From Chara braunii (Eukaryota > Plantae > Charophyceae), in contig BFEA01000009.1 of NCBI GenBank assembly GCA_003427395.1, positions 2,741,792-2,804,500 of the forward strand: a stretch of 62,709 nucleotides of DNA, given 5' to 3'. A model generated the notes under the pieces. That model was not told where the DNA came from, ran no database searches, and saw only the letters and a list, made by a program, of their open reading frames with translations. Both the position numbers and the translations under genes were made by a program. Position 1 is the stretch's first letter. Every line of letters starts with the position of its first letter. This document shows, piece after piece, positions 1-13,689 of this stretch.

Positions 1-7
1 GGGTCGG

Positions 8-237
8 GGTACGAAACGACACTTTCTTGCAATCCGACGGCGGGCGCGTTCAGATATTGAATAACGAAAACGAATTAAAGAAAGAAAAAGAAAAACGAAT
101 TCAAGAAAGAAAAAGAAAAACGAATTCAAAAAAGAAAAAGAAAAATGAATTCAAGAATATACAAAATCAAAAATTGAAAAAAGAAAAGAAAAAAGGGGCC
201 GGGGCACGAAACGACACTTTCTTGCAATCCAACGGCA
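8..237. repeat. Two copies of a ~37-bp unit (acgaaacgacactttcttgcaatcc) separated by A-rich DNA; fragment of a dispersed repeat family
   Basis: Direct copies at ~8-44 and ~201-237. A related sequence lies in reverse orientation at ~15430-15500 (ORF-track peptides MQSDGGRVQIL vs MLSDGGRAEIL). Confidence 0.6.
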
Positions 238-261
238 GCCTTTTAATATTCGTGTGTGAAC

Positions 262-292
<31 letters not shown>

Positions 293-2683
293 TGTGTGTG
301 TGTGTGTGTTGCAAATGATCCCACGACGAACTAGTCAGGCACTCCCCCCCCCATTACGGTGATACGCTTGGTACGGTCCCAATCGTACCGTTTCCAACAA
401 CCACCAAGCCAGTTGTCCCCCAACAATGATGCAGAAATGACGAAGCAGTTACATCCATAGGTATCGAATACACATCAGTAGAAAATTTAAAAAAAAAAAA
501 ATACACAGAGATCCAAACCCAAATAGTAAAGTAGGCAAAATATATGCTCATATACAGGATGTGAAAGGAAAGGTCGCAGGCAGGAATCTTCAGTCGATGG
601 ATGATGATAACTGCTTGTTACCCCTCATTCCACTGGTAATCAGAAGGGATGGTTAAAAAGACTAGGAGGGTCAGAGGGAGAGAGAGTAAAGATGTGAGAA
701 CAATTCCAAAGCCGGAGATATAAATCAAAGAAGATATAGTCTCAAGGCCAAGTACCCGATCACAAACAACAAGGTATCCCGTATCCAGAATCTTGATTGT
801 AAAAGAAACAATGAAGAATGAACTTAGAGTATCTTCAACAAAAACTAAAGGAGCCAAGCCAAGCTAGTGAGCAGCGAAGTCCGATATGGCAGAACGTGTG
901 GGAGAAAGCAAGCGGGAGCCCGGTTTGTACTTCATGGGATGCTCAGCGCCGCAGGAGGGGTGTGGCTCCCCTAAAAGTTTTTTCGTCGTTGCCACTCAAC
1001 CGGCTCATCTGAGGGGTTATGCACCTGCAAAAAGAACATTCACTGCACAGACAGACACAGACGGCCAATCCCCAGACAACCATACGAGTCGGAGTAGGGA
1101 CATAAAGGACCACGTCCCGCTTCTTCCGCCGCGAAATCCTCCTCAGGTTCCGACGTTATCGGAAGGTCCTCCTCCGCATCGGTCGTGTGAAGTCCCAGTC
1201 CGCCATGGCCGAATAGTCACCTTGCCACGCAAGCTTCGCTCCGTAGAAAAAGTACAGTCAAATGTATGTAGGACAGACTAACAATGTACATGCTGTAATT
1301 GGTAGGAGTACACGTATATATGGAGATGAAAACAACAGAAAAAGAGAAAAGAAAAAACGGAGGGAGAGAAGAGAAAAGAACACAGTATGGGCTGTCCCGC
1401 GTGGTTCCCCCTTTTTTTCGATGGGATCCGAGCGGCTGAGGTTCGTCATTATCGACTGGAATCTGGTCCTATATTCGTCCAGCTACACTTATCGGTAAAA
1501 ACCTGGGTCCTTACTAAAAAGCGATCCCGCGGAGATCTTGTTCCAATGGCTACCTCCCAAGTGCTGTACAGAGTGGATCCCCCTGGTAAAAGTGGGGAGG
1601 CTCATGGGTCCAGACCCTGAGTTGGGGAGGGACGGACAGGTGGGCCCGCGGGTAGGTGCATAAAAACAGGATGAGAAAAATAAAAGAGCCAAACAAAAAA
1701 ACAACCAAAAAAANNNNNNNNNNNNNNNNNNNNNNNNNNNNNNNNNNNNNNNNNNNNNNNNNNNNNNNNNNNNNNNNNNNNNNNNNNNNNNNNNNNNNNN
1801 NNNNNNNNNNNNNNNNNNNNNNNNNNNNNNNNNNNNNNNNNNNNNNNNNNNNNNNNNNNNNNNNNNNNNNNNNNNNNNNNNNNNNNNNNNNNNNNNNNNN
1901 NNNNNNNNNNNNNNNNNNNNNNNNNNNNNNNNNNNNNNNNNNNNNNNNNNNNNNNNNNNNNNNNNNNNNNNNNNNNNNNNNNNNNNNNNNNNNNNNNNNN
2001 NNNNNNNNNNNNNNNNNNNNNNNNNNNNNNNNNNNNNNNNNNNNNNNNNNNNNNNNNNNNNNNNNNNNNNNNNNNNNNNNNNNNNNNNNNNNNNNNNNNN
2101 NNNNNNNNNNNNNNNNNNNNNNNNNNNNNNNNNNNNNNNNNNNNNNNNNNNNNNNNNNNNNNNNNNNNNNNNNNNNNNNNNNNNNNNNNNNNNNNNNNNN
2201 NNNNNNNNNNNNNNNNNNNNNNNNNNNNNNNNNNNNNNNNNNNNNNNNNNNNNNNNNNNNNNNNNNNNNNNNNNNNNNNNNNNNNNNNNNNNNNNNNNNN
2301 NNNNNNNNNNNNNNNNNNNNNNNNNNNNNNNNNNNNNNNNNNNNNNNNNNNNNNNNNNNNNNNNNNNNNNNNNNNNNNNNNNNNNNNNNNNNNNNNNNNN
2401 NNNNNNNNNNNNNNNNNNNNNNNNNNNNNNNNNNNNNNNNNNNNNNNNNNNNNNNNNNNNNNNNNNNNNNNNNNNNNNNNNNNNNNNNNNNNNNNNNNNN
2501 NNNNNNNNNNNNNNNNNNNNNNNNNNNNNNNNNNNNNNNNNNNNNNNNNNNNNNNNNNNNNNNNNNNNNNNNNNNNNNNNNNNNNNNNNNNNNNNNNNNN
2601 NNNNNNNNNNNNNNNNNNNNNNNNNNNNNNNNNNNNNNNNNNNNNNNNNNNNNNNNNNNNNTTTTTTTTTTTTTTTTTTTCGC

Positions 2684-3572
2684 TTGAGGGAGTGGGACTG
2701 GGGTTGCGCCACCCCATGGCGCTTTCCGAATCCCCAACCCCCCTCCCCATCGGCCGCCACGCGTCCGTGGAGTCGCGGACTCGGCCGCGCTTGTCCGCCG
2801 CCGATGGGGATTCGTAGCCTACAACTCCTCCATCCACCCGGCTATCGGGATGTCGCCCTTCAAATTCGAGCACGGCTCACCGGTCACTTCGCCGTTGGAC
2901 AGCATCACTCCACGAACGGTCGAGAGCGACGACCATCTTCTTTTCTTGCGTCTGATGCAAGAATTACTTGTCAAGGCATGCGACCAGATGGCCAACACGC
3001 AGCAACGCATGAGCCAACAGGCTAATTGCCAGCGTCTTCCTTGAAAGTTCCGCGCCGACGATCCCGTTTGGGTCTCCGCCGTGGAATTCAGCCTTGAACA
3101 AGATATCTCTCGCATGCTCCTCCCGAAATGGATGGGGCCTTGGCCGATCTTGGCACCCGCTGGGGACGCACCCGAGGGACCTTCCTTACTATTCAGGTGC
3201 CCGCCCACTTGCCCGTCTACCCAGTCTTTCATTGCTCCAAGTTGGCTCTTTACACGCTAGCGGAACATGACGATTTTCCGGGAGACGTTTGCAGGACCCA
3301 TCCTCTATGGACGACTTTCAGGAGGTCGGCGACATCATCTCCGACGCTATGGCAACAGGCCAACCGAGTACTTGGTACATTTTGCATACTGCACAAACCG
3401 AGCTGACCGTTGGTTGACCCGTGCGGAACTTCAAGCAACAGCTCCAGACGTTCTCACACGCTACGAGCGCAAGATGCAAGGCAAGCCGGTCTCTTCGGCT
3501 CCACGCCGCACCCGCGTCCAGGTTCCACCTTCAGATCGTCAGCTTCACCCTCGCCCCGGCTTGACTTCATAA
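2684..3572 (+). pseudogene. Ty3/Gypsy (chromovirus-type) pol 3' end: integrase C-terminus, GPY/F module and chromodomain; frameshifted and interrupted by stops
   Basis: Peptides across frames: AYNSSIHPAIGMSPFKFEHG (integrase core end), KWMGPWPI and TIQVPAHLPVYPVFHCSKL (GPY/F region), EYLVHFAYCTNRADRWLTRAEL (chromodomain). Stop TAA 3570-3572 abuts the PPT. Confidence 0.9.
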
Positions 3573-3583
3573 GGAGGGGGGGG
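3571..3583 (+). promoter_or_regulatory. Polypurine tract of the chromovirus element
   Basis: aagga followed by a G-run, directly before the TG of the LTR. Confidence 0.9.
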
Positions 3584-3644
3584 TGTTACATGCTGCGCCT
3601 GCACACGAGGGCCGTTTTCCAGGCCCTGCGTCCCTTAGGCTGAA

Positions 3645-3910
3645 AGCCTGAAAACCAGGGCCTACAGGCCCCGTGTCTGTATCAGCCTGACAGCCTGAAA
3701 ACCAGGGCCTACAGGCCCGGTGTCTGTTTCAGCCTGACAACCTGAAAACCAGGGCCTACAGGCCCCGTGTCTGTTTCAGCCTGACAGCCTGAAAACCAGG
3801 GCCTACAGGCCCCATGTATGTTTCAGCCTGACAGCCTGAAAACCAGGGCCTACAGGCCCCATGTCGTTTCAGCCTAACAGCCTGAAAATAAGGGCCTATA
3901 GGCCCTCAGG
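3645..3910 (+). repeat. 47-bp tandem repeat (~5.5 copies) in the LTR U3 region
   Basis: Unit agcctgaaaaccagggcctacaggccccgtgtctgtttcagcctgac. Confidence 0.9.
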
Positions 3911-4098
3911 CTTTAGCCAGAAGCTACCTGGAAACTTCCCGGACGCTTCCTCAGGGTCTAGCACGTTTGGGCATTGGCAAGAGCAGCCTCCTGGACGGGC
4001 CAGCACTATATAAGACTGGCCCGCCCTACAGGCAGGAGGTAGTCTCCAAGATTCGGCAGCAGCACTCTGGAGGAGCGCTGCAGGAGTAGTATTAGCGC

Positions 4099-4232
4099 TA
4101 GCAGTAGTCTTCAGCGCTGGGCGCTTTGTAGCGTTAGCAGAAGTCTTCAGCGCTGGGCGCTTTGTAGCGTTAGCAGTAGTCTTCAGCGCTGGGCACTTTG
4201 TAGCGTTAGCAGTAGTCTTCAGCGCTGGGCGC
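4099..4232 (+). repeat. 36-bp tandem repeat (~3.7 copies) downstream of the LTR TATA
   Basis: Unit tagcagtagtcttcagcgctgggcgctttgtagcgt at 4099, 4135, 4171, 4207. Confidence 0.9.
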
Positions 4233-4455
4233 CATAGCTAGAGTAGTACTAGAGAGAGAGAGATTGGGCGGAGGCCAGGGATACTTACCTGCNGCGCCGT
4301 TGCTCCAGCTTCATCTTCGAGGTACCTGCAGCACAGCGCCATCTTCACAGGTTAGTACCTGACNCATGAGAGAGAGAGNGTTCTTCTTCTTCCTCTTCTC
4401 AGTCCACCATCTCCTTCTCACCCTCCCGCTATCTGACTTCACTGCATCAGCAGAC

Positions 4456-4498
<43 letters not shown>

Positions 4499-5229
4499 TG
4501 ACATTTGGATACAGACTCGACATTGGACTTCAGACAAATCGAAGAGGGATTATTTGGGATTTGAAATGAGACTTGGTGTTGACGACTTTTCCATCTCCCC
4601 CTTCCTGTTCTTCATCTGATCCCCTCCTCTTCGTCTGTGTATGTCTGGACCTGGCGCCTCTTTCCTATGTATAGCGCCAGGCTCCTTCACACCTTGGGAT
4701 GGACATGATGCATGTTTGGTCTGCGTTTAAACATTGATTGGGCTAGTCATTTGCATTCTAGCATTCTGCTTCGCTATCTTGTGCGACGTGAATCAGGTCA
4801 GGACTTGTATCTTAAGTCTTCCCTGCGCTATAAAAGCACCATTTTGTATGTATCGGAATGCACATTGCTTCTTGAGATTCTACTTGCACTGCATTGTCCA
4901 TTCAGTCCTTTTTATCACATTGCGGATCCTCGGTTATTATGTACATCGCCCAACTGGGCATGTAACAGTTGTAACACCCATGAACTGAAGAAATGCTGAC
5001 CACCTCCCCTCCCATCCTTACGTAAATGCTCCTAGCGCACCGCCTATCCCACTATCCTACCTCAGTGTGACCAGCACTCAGGACCATTACCCTACCAATG
5101 GGCAGGTAACTTGGACCGAACAGCAGTGATAGGCACCAGGGCCAATAGGTTACCCAGCCATGGTGGAAGCGGAGTCGAACGAGCCTTGTCGAATGGGAAC
5201 TTCGGACGCCAGGTCCAGACAATCTACTA

Positions 5230-5830
5230 CAGGCCCCAAGAGACTCTAGACCCTAAGTTCAGACATCGTAGGCGCCGAAGCGACTTATTTCCGTCCTGCC
5301 CTTCCCCTACGGTCTAAGCCTTATATAGCCACCAGACAGTTCTATCCGAATATCAGGTGGGACTCCGGCGACCCTTACCTTAGACCCCCTCAGTCACCCC
5401 AAGAGACTCTAGACCCTAGGTCCAGACACCGTAGGTGCCGACTTATTTCTGTCCTGCCCTTACCCTAGGGTCTAAGCCTTATAGTATGCCCGAAGGCTGT
5501 GTGTGTGCTCTGTGATCAACGTAGCATCATGTGTGTTCGAAGCGAGAACGGGGTAAGCTCAAATATCAGGGGGACTCCGGAGACCCCTACCTGTACCTAC
5601 TACAGATACTAGACCCCACCCAGTGACTAGATCCCCCCAGTCACCCGAAGAGACTGTAGGCCCTAGGTCCAGACACCGTAGGCGCCGAAGCGACTTATTT
5701 CCGTCCTGCCCTTACCCTAGGGTCTAAGCCTTATACTATGCCCGAAGGCTGTGTGTGCTCTGTGAATCAATGTATCGATATGCATAGGCAGCATCATGTG
5801 TGTATTTCGAAGCGAGAACGGGGTAAGCTG
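5230..5830. repeat. Three degenerate direct copies of a ~90-bp core with shared flanks; probably LTR-derived
   Basis: cccaagagactctagaccctag...gacttatttccgtcctgcccttaccctagggtctaagccttata at ~5234, ~5397 and ~5645. Confidence 0.75.
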
Positions 5831-7519
5831 GACAAGAACCCAACCCCCGAAGGTCCGGACCGAGCTTGAGCCCGTGACCTTGTAGCATCATACTAGCATG
5901 TAATCGAATGACTGTACCATGTGAATAACTAGCGGAAACGGCACGAACGTGTGATATGCCTGACTGGGGAGATCGACAGAACACCCAAGGCCAACGCCCC
6001 CAAGCAGCCCATGTGAAACCCAGAACCAACATACAACACCATGAACAGCCCTTGGGTGGTGCGCAGGTAGTGTCTGTAATAGTACCATGCGTCAGCCCAA
6101 GGGAGTGTATGTCCAGCCGTGCGTCAGTCTAACGCCCTGCCGGTGTCCATGCGCAAGGCTGCAATTGAGTTTTGAACCCGCAACCTTATGCCACAATGCA
6201 CATTTCCAACCGGTGCTCTAACCACTGAGCTAATCAGAGTCAAACAAATGAATTCAGAACAATTCGGAAACACAAACACACAGAAAAAAAAAAAGAGAGG
6301 GTCGGAACTACCTGTGGTTTGAACAACAAACACGAGTCAAATAAACAAATGATTCACCCCCCGCAAAACGATATCCAACACCCAAAAAAACAAGAAATGT
6401 GAACGACTGTCAGGCGACTGCGGGCCTCGCTACACTACTCACCAGATGCACAAAAGACAGAATTTGGCAGAGCATCTTTCCATGTTGAACTTCTGGTCGA
6501 AGATTCATTCTCATTTCGAGGGCCCTATTTACACCAAAATAGCATGAGTACCGATTGCGTGTGTAACCAATACATAGGCTTTAGAAGGAATAGGTAGGCA
6601 CTACAAACCACTAATCGCACACTAATCCAGCAACCATTATTATGATGAAATAATTATTAAGTAATCATTATCTGCTCTTTTTTTTTTTTTTTTCCCTCTT
6701 TTTATAGGAGGGCTGTCCTGGAGGTATCATCATTGCGCTGACCGGCCCTCATCTTCTGATCGCATCTGGATTCGAACTAGGGTCTGTATTTTAGCAGTTC
6801 ATGGATGTATGTGCCAACTGAGGGGATAGTAACACTAGCTCTATCTTAAAAGTATCCGATCGCATTTACGGCCGGTGCTGGATACATCTGGCCCAAATTA
6901 CGTCCAAAAAATAAATAAAACGTCCTAGTGTGAGAATGCCCTGAGTTAGGCCCGTCCGGACCTTGTTCTCTCCTTCACCATTCATTCTTCAACCTTATCC
7001 ATCCATCGTTCTTCACAGCCATCCACTGAATTCTTCTCCCCGTGCGCGATTCGAGCTTTGTCTTTACGTATGCATGATTGGTAATGAAATCTTTGTTGAT
7101 CTATTGGGCCGAAGCAATTGTGGCCATTCATTGCTTTCTTTGTTGCTTGTCATCCTTGTTCTTGATTCGCAGATGGTCGCAATGTTGATGGGGTGCCGAA
7201 AGGCGAATCCAGAGGGGGTGCGCCCTGAGGATTGACAGGAGCGCAGGCTGGACCGAAACGCATCCGGAAAATCGCGGTGTACTTCAGGGAAATTGTGATG
7301 GAGTTCCATACTGAGAACTGTACATGCCGAGCCATAACGCCAATCTGTCGACACCTGTAAGAGCAGCGGTCCGTGGCCACTGTTGCTTCACTATTCTTCT
7401 TTTTGCTCAGTGGCAGGACAAGTAGGCGGGTTGCCGTAAGGAGGGCGGATCCAGGGAGAGGGCCCCTGACGACTGTCAGGTGCGCTTCCTGGCTGGCTGA
7501 AACATGCGTAGGGCAATGA

Positions 7520-8170
7520 GCACGTTTCTTCTGAACTCGGTGCATGCGTACGAATACGGAATTTTCTGCCGAAGGCGTGCATGAAAGACAGTCTATGGCC
7601 TCTGTTTATCGCTTTTCTTCTTCTTCACCCACATAACAACAAACAGATGCTCTCATTTATGCTATGCATTCGTTCTTTTCACGTTATGCATTCATTCTTC
7701 ACGTTATCCATTCTTCATGCTATTCCCAGATACTTAGGTCGGAAAATTAGGTGGCCACGCAAGGCGATTTCGGGCCTGAGGAAGGCTGGGAGCACAGCCT
7801 GGCCGAAACGCGTCGGGGAAGATGCGCGTTTCTTGCTGAAAACAGTACATGCGGAGAAGTAATAATACCTATCGATGCTTGTACAAGAAGCAGTCTATGG
7901 CCACTGTTTTCACTATTCCCCCACATCACAAACACATGCTCTCATTTATGTTACGCATTCGTTCTTCACGTTAGGCCATTCGTTCTTCACACCCTACAAA
8001 ACACACACACGCTCTCATTTATGCTATGCATTCCTTCCCGTTAGGTCCATTCGTTCCTCACACTACCCATTATGCATTCGTTCTTCACATTAGGCATTCG
8101 TTCGTCAAGTCGAACATTCCTTCTTCGTCACCCACATAACAAACAGATGCTCTTGAAGTTCACGTTAGGC
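7520..8170. repeat. Nested local repeats (tatgcattcgttcttcac units; agacagtctatggcc units)
   Basis: Many tatgcattcgttcttcacg variants. Block ~7525-7610 recurs at ~7825-7910 and ~9155-9240. Confidence 0.65.
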
Positions 8171-9375
8171 AGGCAGCTGCAATCAGACTCGTGCTCCTCT
8201 TACTCCGCATGCATGGCCCACACATAGCTCAGAGATATTAAGGCCGAGAACACAGTTCAGATGCAAACTCCCTTCAAATTGCCTACACATCACCCTTCGA
8301 CCCTGTATTCACAGCAACTGTTCACACGCACTTTACTCCGGATCTCCCTGGATGTCCCACACACTCCCACTCTGTACCGTATACACACACACACCCTCGC
8401 TACAGGCAGACTCTAACCTATGGCAGCTATCGCCGCCTTCTACCTCCTGACAGCTAGGGGCGAGGGCCGCTCCCTCTCCCTCACAGCCCACTTCAACCTC
8501 GGGCATCTGCAGACCACCTCGCACAAGACGCTCGGGCAGCGCTTCTGCATGGCGCACAGCAGAACGAATCCATGGCTCGACACTGCCTCTTAATTTATAC
8601 TTCTGTTGGTTGCTGGTCTGCCCCTTTCCACCGGGCCCAGGGTGCACAGTGTCCCGCATGGTACTTGCTGACTAGACAAAGTGAGACTGGGACTGGGTAC
8701 CGCCGACTAAGCAAAGTTGGACTACCCACTTGCCCACTTGCCTCTGGTCTAACGTGAGCCACGCTTCAAAAGGCCAGTTCCCGACCTTCCGGAAGTCTGT
8801 GGACTGGCCTTTCGGGACTATAGCAGCTACGACCTTGACCTTTCAGGACTGTAGCAGCTACGACTTGACCTTTCAAAGTTTCAACTACGACCCCTATACA
8901 GCTCTGAACCCTACTCGACAGACCTACTGTTCAAAACCCGACAGCTACACGGACCTACGACAGTCAGTAGTCAGCTACCAAGACACACGTCCCCGGTTCA
9001 ACACACAGGGGGCTACTTGGTACTGTACACAGGTGAGGTAAGGTCTAGGGATCGAGCCCTGGAATCTGCATACTCTAGCGCAAAGTTGAAAACCGCTTCA
9101 CAGCTCTCAAAGGTTCTTCGGCAAGGAGTGTGTTTAAGGTTCTTCGGCAAGGAGTGTGTTTCTTCTGAGTTCGGTGCATGAGGATGTATATGGGGGGGTC
9201 AAAGTGTGCACGAAAGACAGTTTATGGCCTCCGTTTATCAGACAGTAAATCCATTTGTTTCACAATCTTTCTTTAAGATGTCCACCAGCCATTGCCTCCT
9301 TTACGTTCAGTTTCCTGATTACATATTTATTTCTTTATTTATTTATTTATATTTATTAAATTATTATATTTGTTT

Positions 9376-9751
9376 GGGATAATTTGCGAAATACCCCTAT
9401 AAGTTGAGACCCCTTTTTTTTTTTTTTTTTTNNNNNNNNNNNNNNNNNNNNNNNNNNNNNNNNNNNNNNNNNNNNNNNNNNNNNNNNNNNNNNNNNNNNN
9501 NNNNNNNNNNNNNNNNNNNNNNNNNNNNNNNNNNNNNNNNNNNNNNNNNNNNNNNNNNNNNNNNNNNNNNNNNNNNNNNNNNNNNNNNNNNNNNNNNNNN
9601 NNNNNNNNNNNNNNNNNNNNNNNNNNNNNNNNNNNNNNNNNNNNNNNNNNNNNNNNNNNNNNNNNNNNNNNNNNNNNNNNNNNNNNNNNNNNNNNNNNNN
9701 NNNNNNNNNNNNNNNNNNNNNNNNNNNNNNNNNNNNNNNNNNNNNNNNNNN

Positions 9752-9818
<67 letters not shown>

Positions 9819-9863
9819 GCCCCCCCGGGGGCCGTGTGCCACTCCCGCTATCCGGCTATCCGG

Positions 9864-9900
<37 letters not shown>

Positions 9901-9933
9901 CTATTCCACTATCCCGCCCCGCTATCACGCTTC

Positions 9934-9973
<40 letters not shown>

Positions 9974-10526
9974 CTATTCCGCTATCCCGCTTCCCTTCTC
10001 TCGCTCTCTCTTTCTCTCACACGCGCAAAGACACAGCGAGGAGGCAAAACGCAATGATGACCTGCGCCACTAGCGATAAAACGAAAATACAAAGGGCCTG
10101 GGAAAAGTTGGCAAGTACTGGGACATTTTGCAAACATGGGCAGTACCCGGTAGTAGTTTGCAAAATCTCTCTCTCTCTCTCTCTCTCTTGCTATTCCGCT
10201 ATCCCGCTATCACGCTTCCCTTCTCTCTCTCTCTCTCTCTCACACGCACAAAGACACAGCGGGGAGGCAAAACGCAATGATGACCTGCGCCACTAGCGAT
10301 AAAACGAAAATACACGGGGCCTGGGAAAAGTTGGCAAGTACTGGGACATTTTGCAAGCATGAGCAGTACCCGGTAGGAGTAGTTTGCAAAGATGACAGGT
10401 CCAACCGACGCCAGGGGCCTTTCGCAAATCATTTTTTGTGTCAGAGGGGTATTCCACTCTACCCAGATCTTATAGGGGCATTTTGGCATGTTTCTCAACT
10501 TAAAGGGGTTTTTCGCAAATTATCCC
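9376..10526. mobile_element. Non-autonomous TIR element (Mutator-like MITE) with an internal ~145-bp direct duplication
   Basis: Left end gggataatttgcgaaatacccctataagttgaga; right end reverse-complements to gggataatttgcgaaaaacccctttaagttgaga (32/34). Internal repeat ~10018-10163 and ~10241-10390. No TSD recognised; contains a gap. Confidence 0.75.
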
Positions 10527-11933
10527 AAAAAAAACGAACAAACGAAAGTCCATCAGGACGAAGAAAAAAAAAAAATCACAGAACGCACACACCATCACCC
10601 CAAACAAAAAAAAAAAAAAGAAGGAAATAGAGCCGCACACCGCACGTATGTCTAGAAAACCTATTCGAGAGGTCGAGAAGGGAGAGAAAGAGACAGAAAA
10701 AGAGAGGGGGGAGAGAGAGAGAGAGAGAGCGGCAAGTACCGTCCCCCGCAACAAAAGAGAGACAGCACGAGACAAACGGAAAGAGAGAAAGACAGAAAGA
10801 GATAGACAGACAGACAGACAGAGAGAGAGAGGGACGTGAGAATACAAGCAAGTGGCCAACCGTCATCTCCAAGATTACGACCATTCTTAGGACGTGTCGG
10901 GAATCGTAAGAAAACGACAAAACGTTCGCCCACCCACTCCCATCACTCAACGGAAAAAACAAACAACAAAAGAGCACACCCTCCTCCCTTTTCCTCCCTC
11001 CGTTTTGCTCCACCCCCTCCTCCTCTCCTTCTCCTTTCCCACCCAACTTCATCCTCCACCTTCCTAAGTACCCCTCCCCCCTTCCCCCGACACACACACG
11101 AGCAAATGCACGCACATACGCACGCACGCACGCACGCACAAAAGAATACCCCCCAAACGAAAAAATAAAATGAAAAGAACACCCCCGCCATTCCCCACAG
11201 CTGGGAGTCGATATATCGACACAATATGTACTGACGGAAGGCAATTAAAAAGAGTGCAACGCCACTGCCGACGTCCGCGATACGGACCACTTCTCGCTCG
11301 CGTATCCCGATTCGCCCGTTAGGAGTAAGACAACGGAGTCCACGACGGCAAGCCATCATTACCATATCCATATCCTTCTCAAACTTCTCCTAGACCGCCA
11401 CTAACGAACCTCAATGAGTAAGTGAAAAGTATTAACAAGGAAGAAAAGGCGGGAACAAATTGGTTTGCCAGAAAATCAACGAATGTAGAGAACTACGTAT
11501 GTACACAGGCCTTGGTGGCCACAGAAAGCAACCGGGACACAAGGCACAGCCCCCCAACCCTCCCCGCCCAAAAGTAAGACACTGTGAAACGCATAAGAGC
11601 CTCCTCTCTCCTCCATGGTCAAAACACACACAATCGACAAACAAACTAGGAAAGCCAATAACAAAAAAAACGTAAAAAAGCCTCACCAAATCTCTCGAGG
11701 GTCACAAGAAAAATACCACCCCCTCTAATCCTATCACCACTACTCCTGAACATATCAAAGAATTGGAAAGGACACAGACCGCAACCACTCTCGATCTCTA
11801 AGAACTGCTCGCCGGTGCGCCAAAAACCAAAGACGATTCATGCCAATCCCATCAAGGCATGCACGCAGGCTCGATCGCTCAATCACTTGATCACTCGACC
11901 GTTCGTTTAATCTCATCATATGACGCGTCCGTA

Positions 11934-11996
11934 CGACGCACACTTCTCCCCTGCGACGCACACTTCTCCCCTGCGACGCACACTTCTCCCCGACAC
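11934..11996. repeat. 20-bp tandem repeat x3
   Basis: cgacgcacacttctcccctg repeated. Confidence 0.85.
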
Positions 11997-12148
11997 AACT
12001 CCTGTGCGTCATCATGTCCCGTTGATGCTCCGCGCCGATCGTTGATGAGAAAACCTCATTATTGCTCTGAAACGGGGACTTCTGCCAAAGGTACCTCCCT
12101 CACAGACGTGTCGATTCCCTTCGAAAACGGCACGTCATCCCTCCTCCC

Positions 12149-12240
<92 letters not shown>

Positions 12241-12248
12241 NNNNNNNN

Positions 12249-12325
<77 letters not shown>

Positions 12326-12519
12326 TACGCCGTCGAAGAAGAAGGACAGGATGAGGACGGTTCAAAGTACAGAGGGAGAGATGGACCGGGGGAGGGAGAG
12401 AAGGAACTCTGGAGAGGAGAAGAATTGTGTGTTGGTGGCTGGAGGATTATAATACGTGTTGTCACACACTTAAATCTACTGACTAAAAATATGTACTCTA
12501 CTTGCTATTTATAACTTTC

Positions 12520-13628
12520 TTATTGCTGCTTGGCGCCATAGCTCTCCAAGTGGATGCGCGGGGTGTGTTTCGCGTTGCTCGCCGCTGCCAAAAATACGGC
12601 AGCGAGCATTCTCGGGTGATCGAGCTTCTTCTTGCATGACACGCACACTACGTGTCGATAGTGCAGACTCACGCACCAGCGCGGATCCGGTGCCAAGCAC
12701 TTACAGTAGCACCCGGTCACACTGACGGTCACCAGCATCGTGGGCTCGTAAGTGGCCGCGAACTCGTCCAGACGAAAGACCGGTAACCCAAGCTCAGCTA
12801 TGGTGACAGGTTCGTCTTTCGAATACGCCTCCATGCGCAGGTGATGGGCTTGAATCTGACTAGACGCCCTCAATGCGCCCACCAACACATTTCCTACCAC
12901 TCCTGCATCCCGGGGTTCGCTACTACATTGCACGCAGAAAGCATAGCGCAGGTAGAAGCTAACCCCCCAAGCACGACCCCTACAATTCTCACAGCAAAAC
13001 CCCTCCGCTACGTCGCGAACAGTAACCAAGAGCGTCGGATCGGCAAATCGAGAGGAAGAAGAAGGAGAAGAGGAGGAGGAGGAGGAGGAGGAGGAAGAGG
13101 TGGAATCGTGGTCGTTGGATAAGGGGGAGGAGGAGAAGCCGAAATCGCCGGCCAAGGTGCTGAAAGGCGTGTCTTCAAGATCGATTGCGTAGAAGTCTGC
13201 CTCCTTCTTCAACGAGAACACCTCCTTCTGGGTCATCTTCGGTAGAGCTTGAACACTATGATACCGCAGAAGAGAGAGGATGTACTGGAAGACACGAGGC
13301 TCGCAGTCCACATACACAGTCACAGGTGTCTCTCCCTCACCCCCCTCTACCTCCTCCTCCTCCTCCTCCAGCTCTTCCTCTACCTCTACCTCCATGGCCC
13401 TACGGCGCTCCTTGCCACCACCTCCATACTCCTGTCCCTGCTCGTCCTCTTCCTCCCCTTCCTCGTCCGACGTCGTGGGGCCAGCGCTACCTGTCTCCGG
13501 CGATCGCCTGTTCATCATCCACCTATCGCTCAGAAGGGTTCGGAAAAACCCCGAGTACTCCAGCAGATCTCTGCTGACCACGAAGGGAGTGCACTCCTCC
13601 CCGGCCAGCACCCTCACGTAGCCGTCCT

Positions 13629-13680
<52 letters not shown>

Positions 13681-13689
13681 TACATACAC
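12520..13689 (-). CDS. BTB/POZ (KCTD/T1-type) domain protein with an acidic insertion, poly-Ser linker and two C-terminal Cys-rich repeats; true N-terminus unresolved
   Basis: Uninterrupted ~390-codon frame. BTB motifs YVRVLAG...FVVSRDLLEYSGFFRTLLSDRW and VYVDCEPRVFQYILSLLRY...LKKEADFYAI. The ORF-track start MYKRQ comes from the adapter at 13690-13725. Confidence 0.85.

Larger units (their letters stand above)
3584..4967 (+). mobile_element. 3' LTR (1384 bp) of the chromovirus element
   Basis: Starts TGTTACATGC after the PPT and ends GCATGTAACA (perfect 10-bp terminal inverted repeat). TATA-like ctatataag at ~4006. Confidence 0.85.

Noticed and set aside
310-352. Minus-strand PPT plus LTR start (G9-AG|TG, Copia-like junction)
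   Set aside because: Only ~30 bp follow before a (TG)n tract, and no recognisable pol motifs lie upstream (353-1650).
1489-2873. Long ORFs spanning N-runs (also 18714-20062, 9339-10057, 46517-47202)
   Set aside because: They are open only because N codons contain no stops.
4281-4291. U1 snRNA 5' end (ATACTTACCTG)
   Set aside because: Only 11 nt match, and the downstream sequence lacks U1 stem-loops and an Sm site. It is better read as a consensus 5' splice site (CAGGTAAGTAT) on the minus strand within an LTR.
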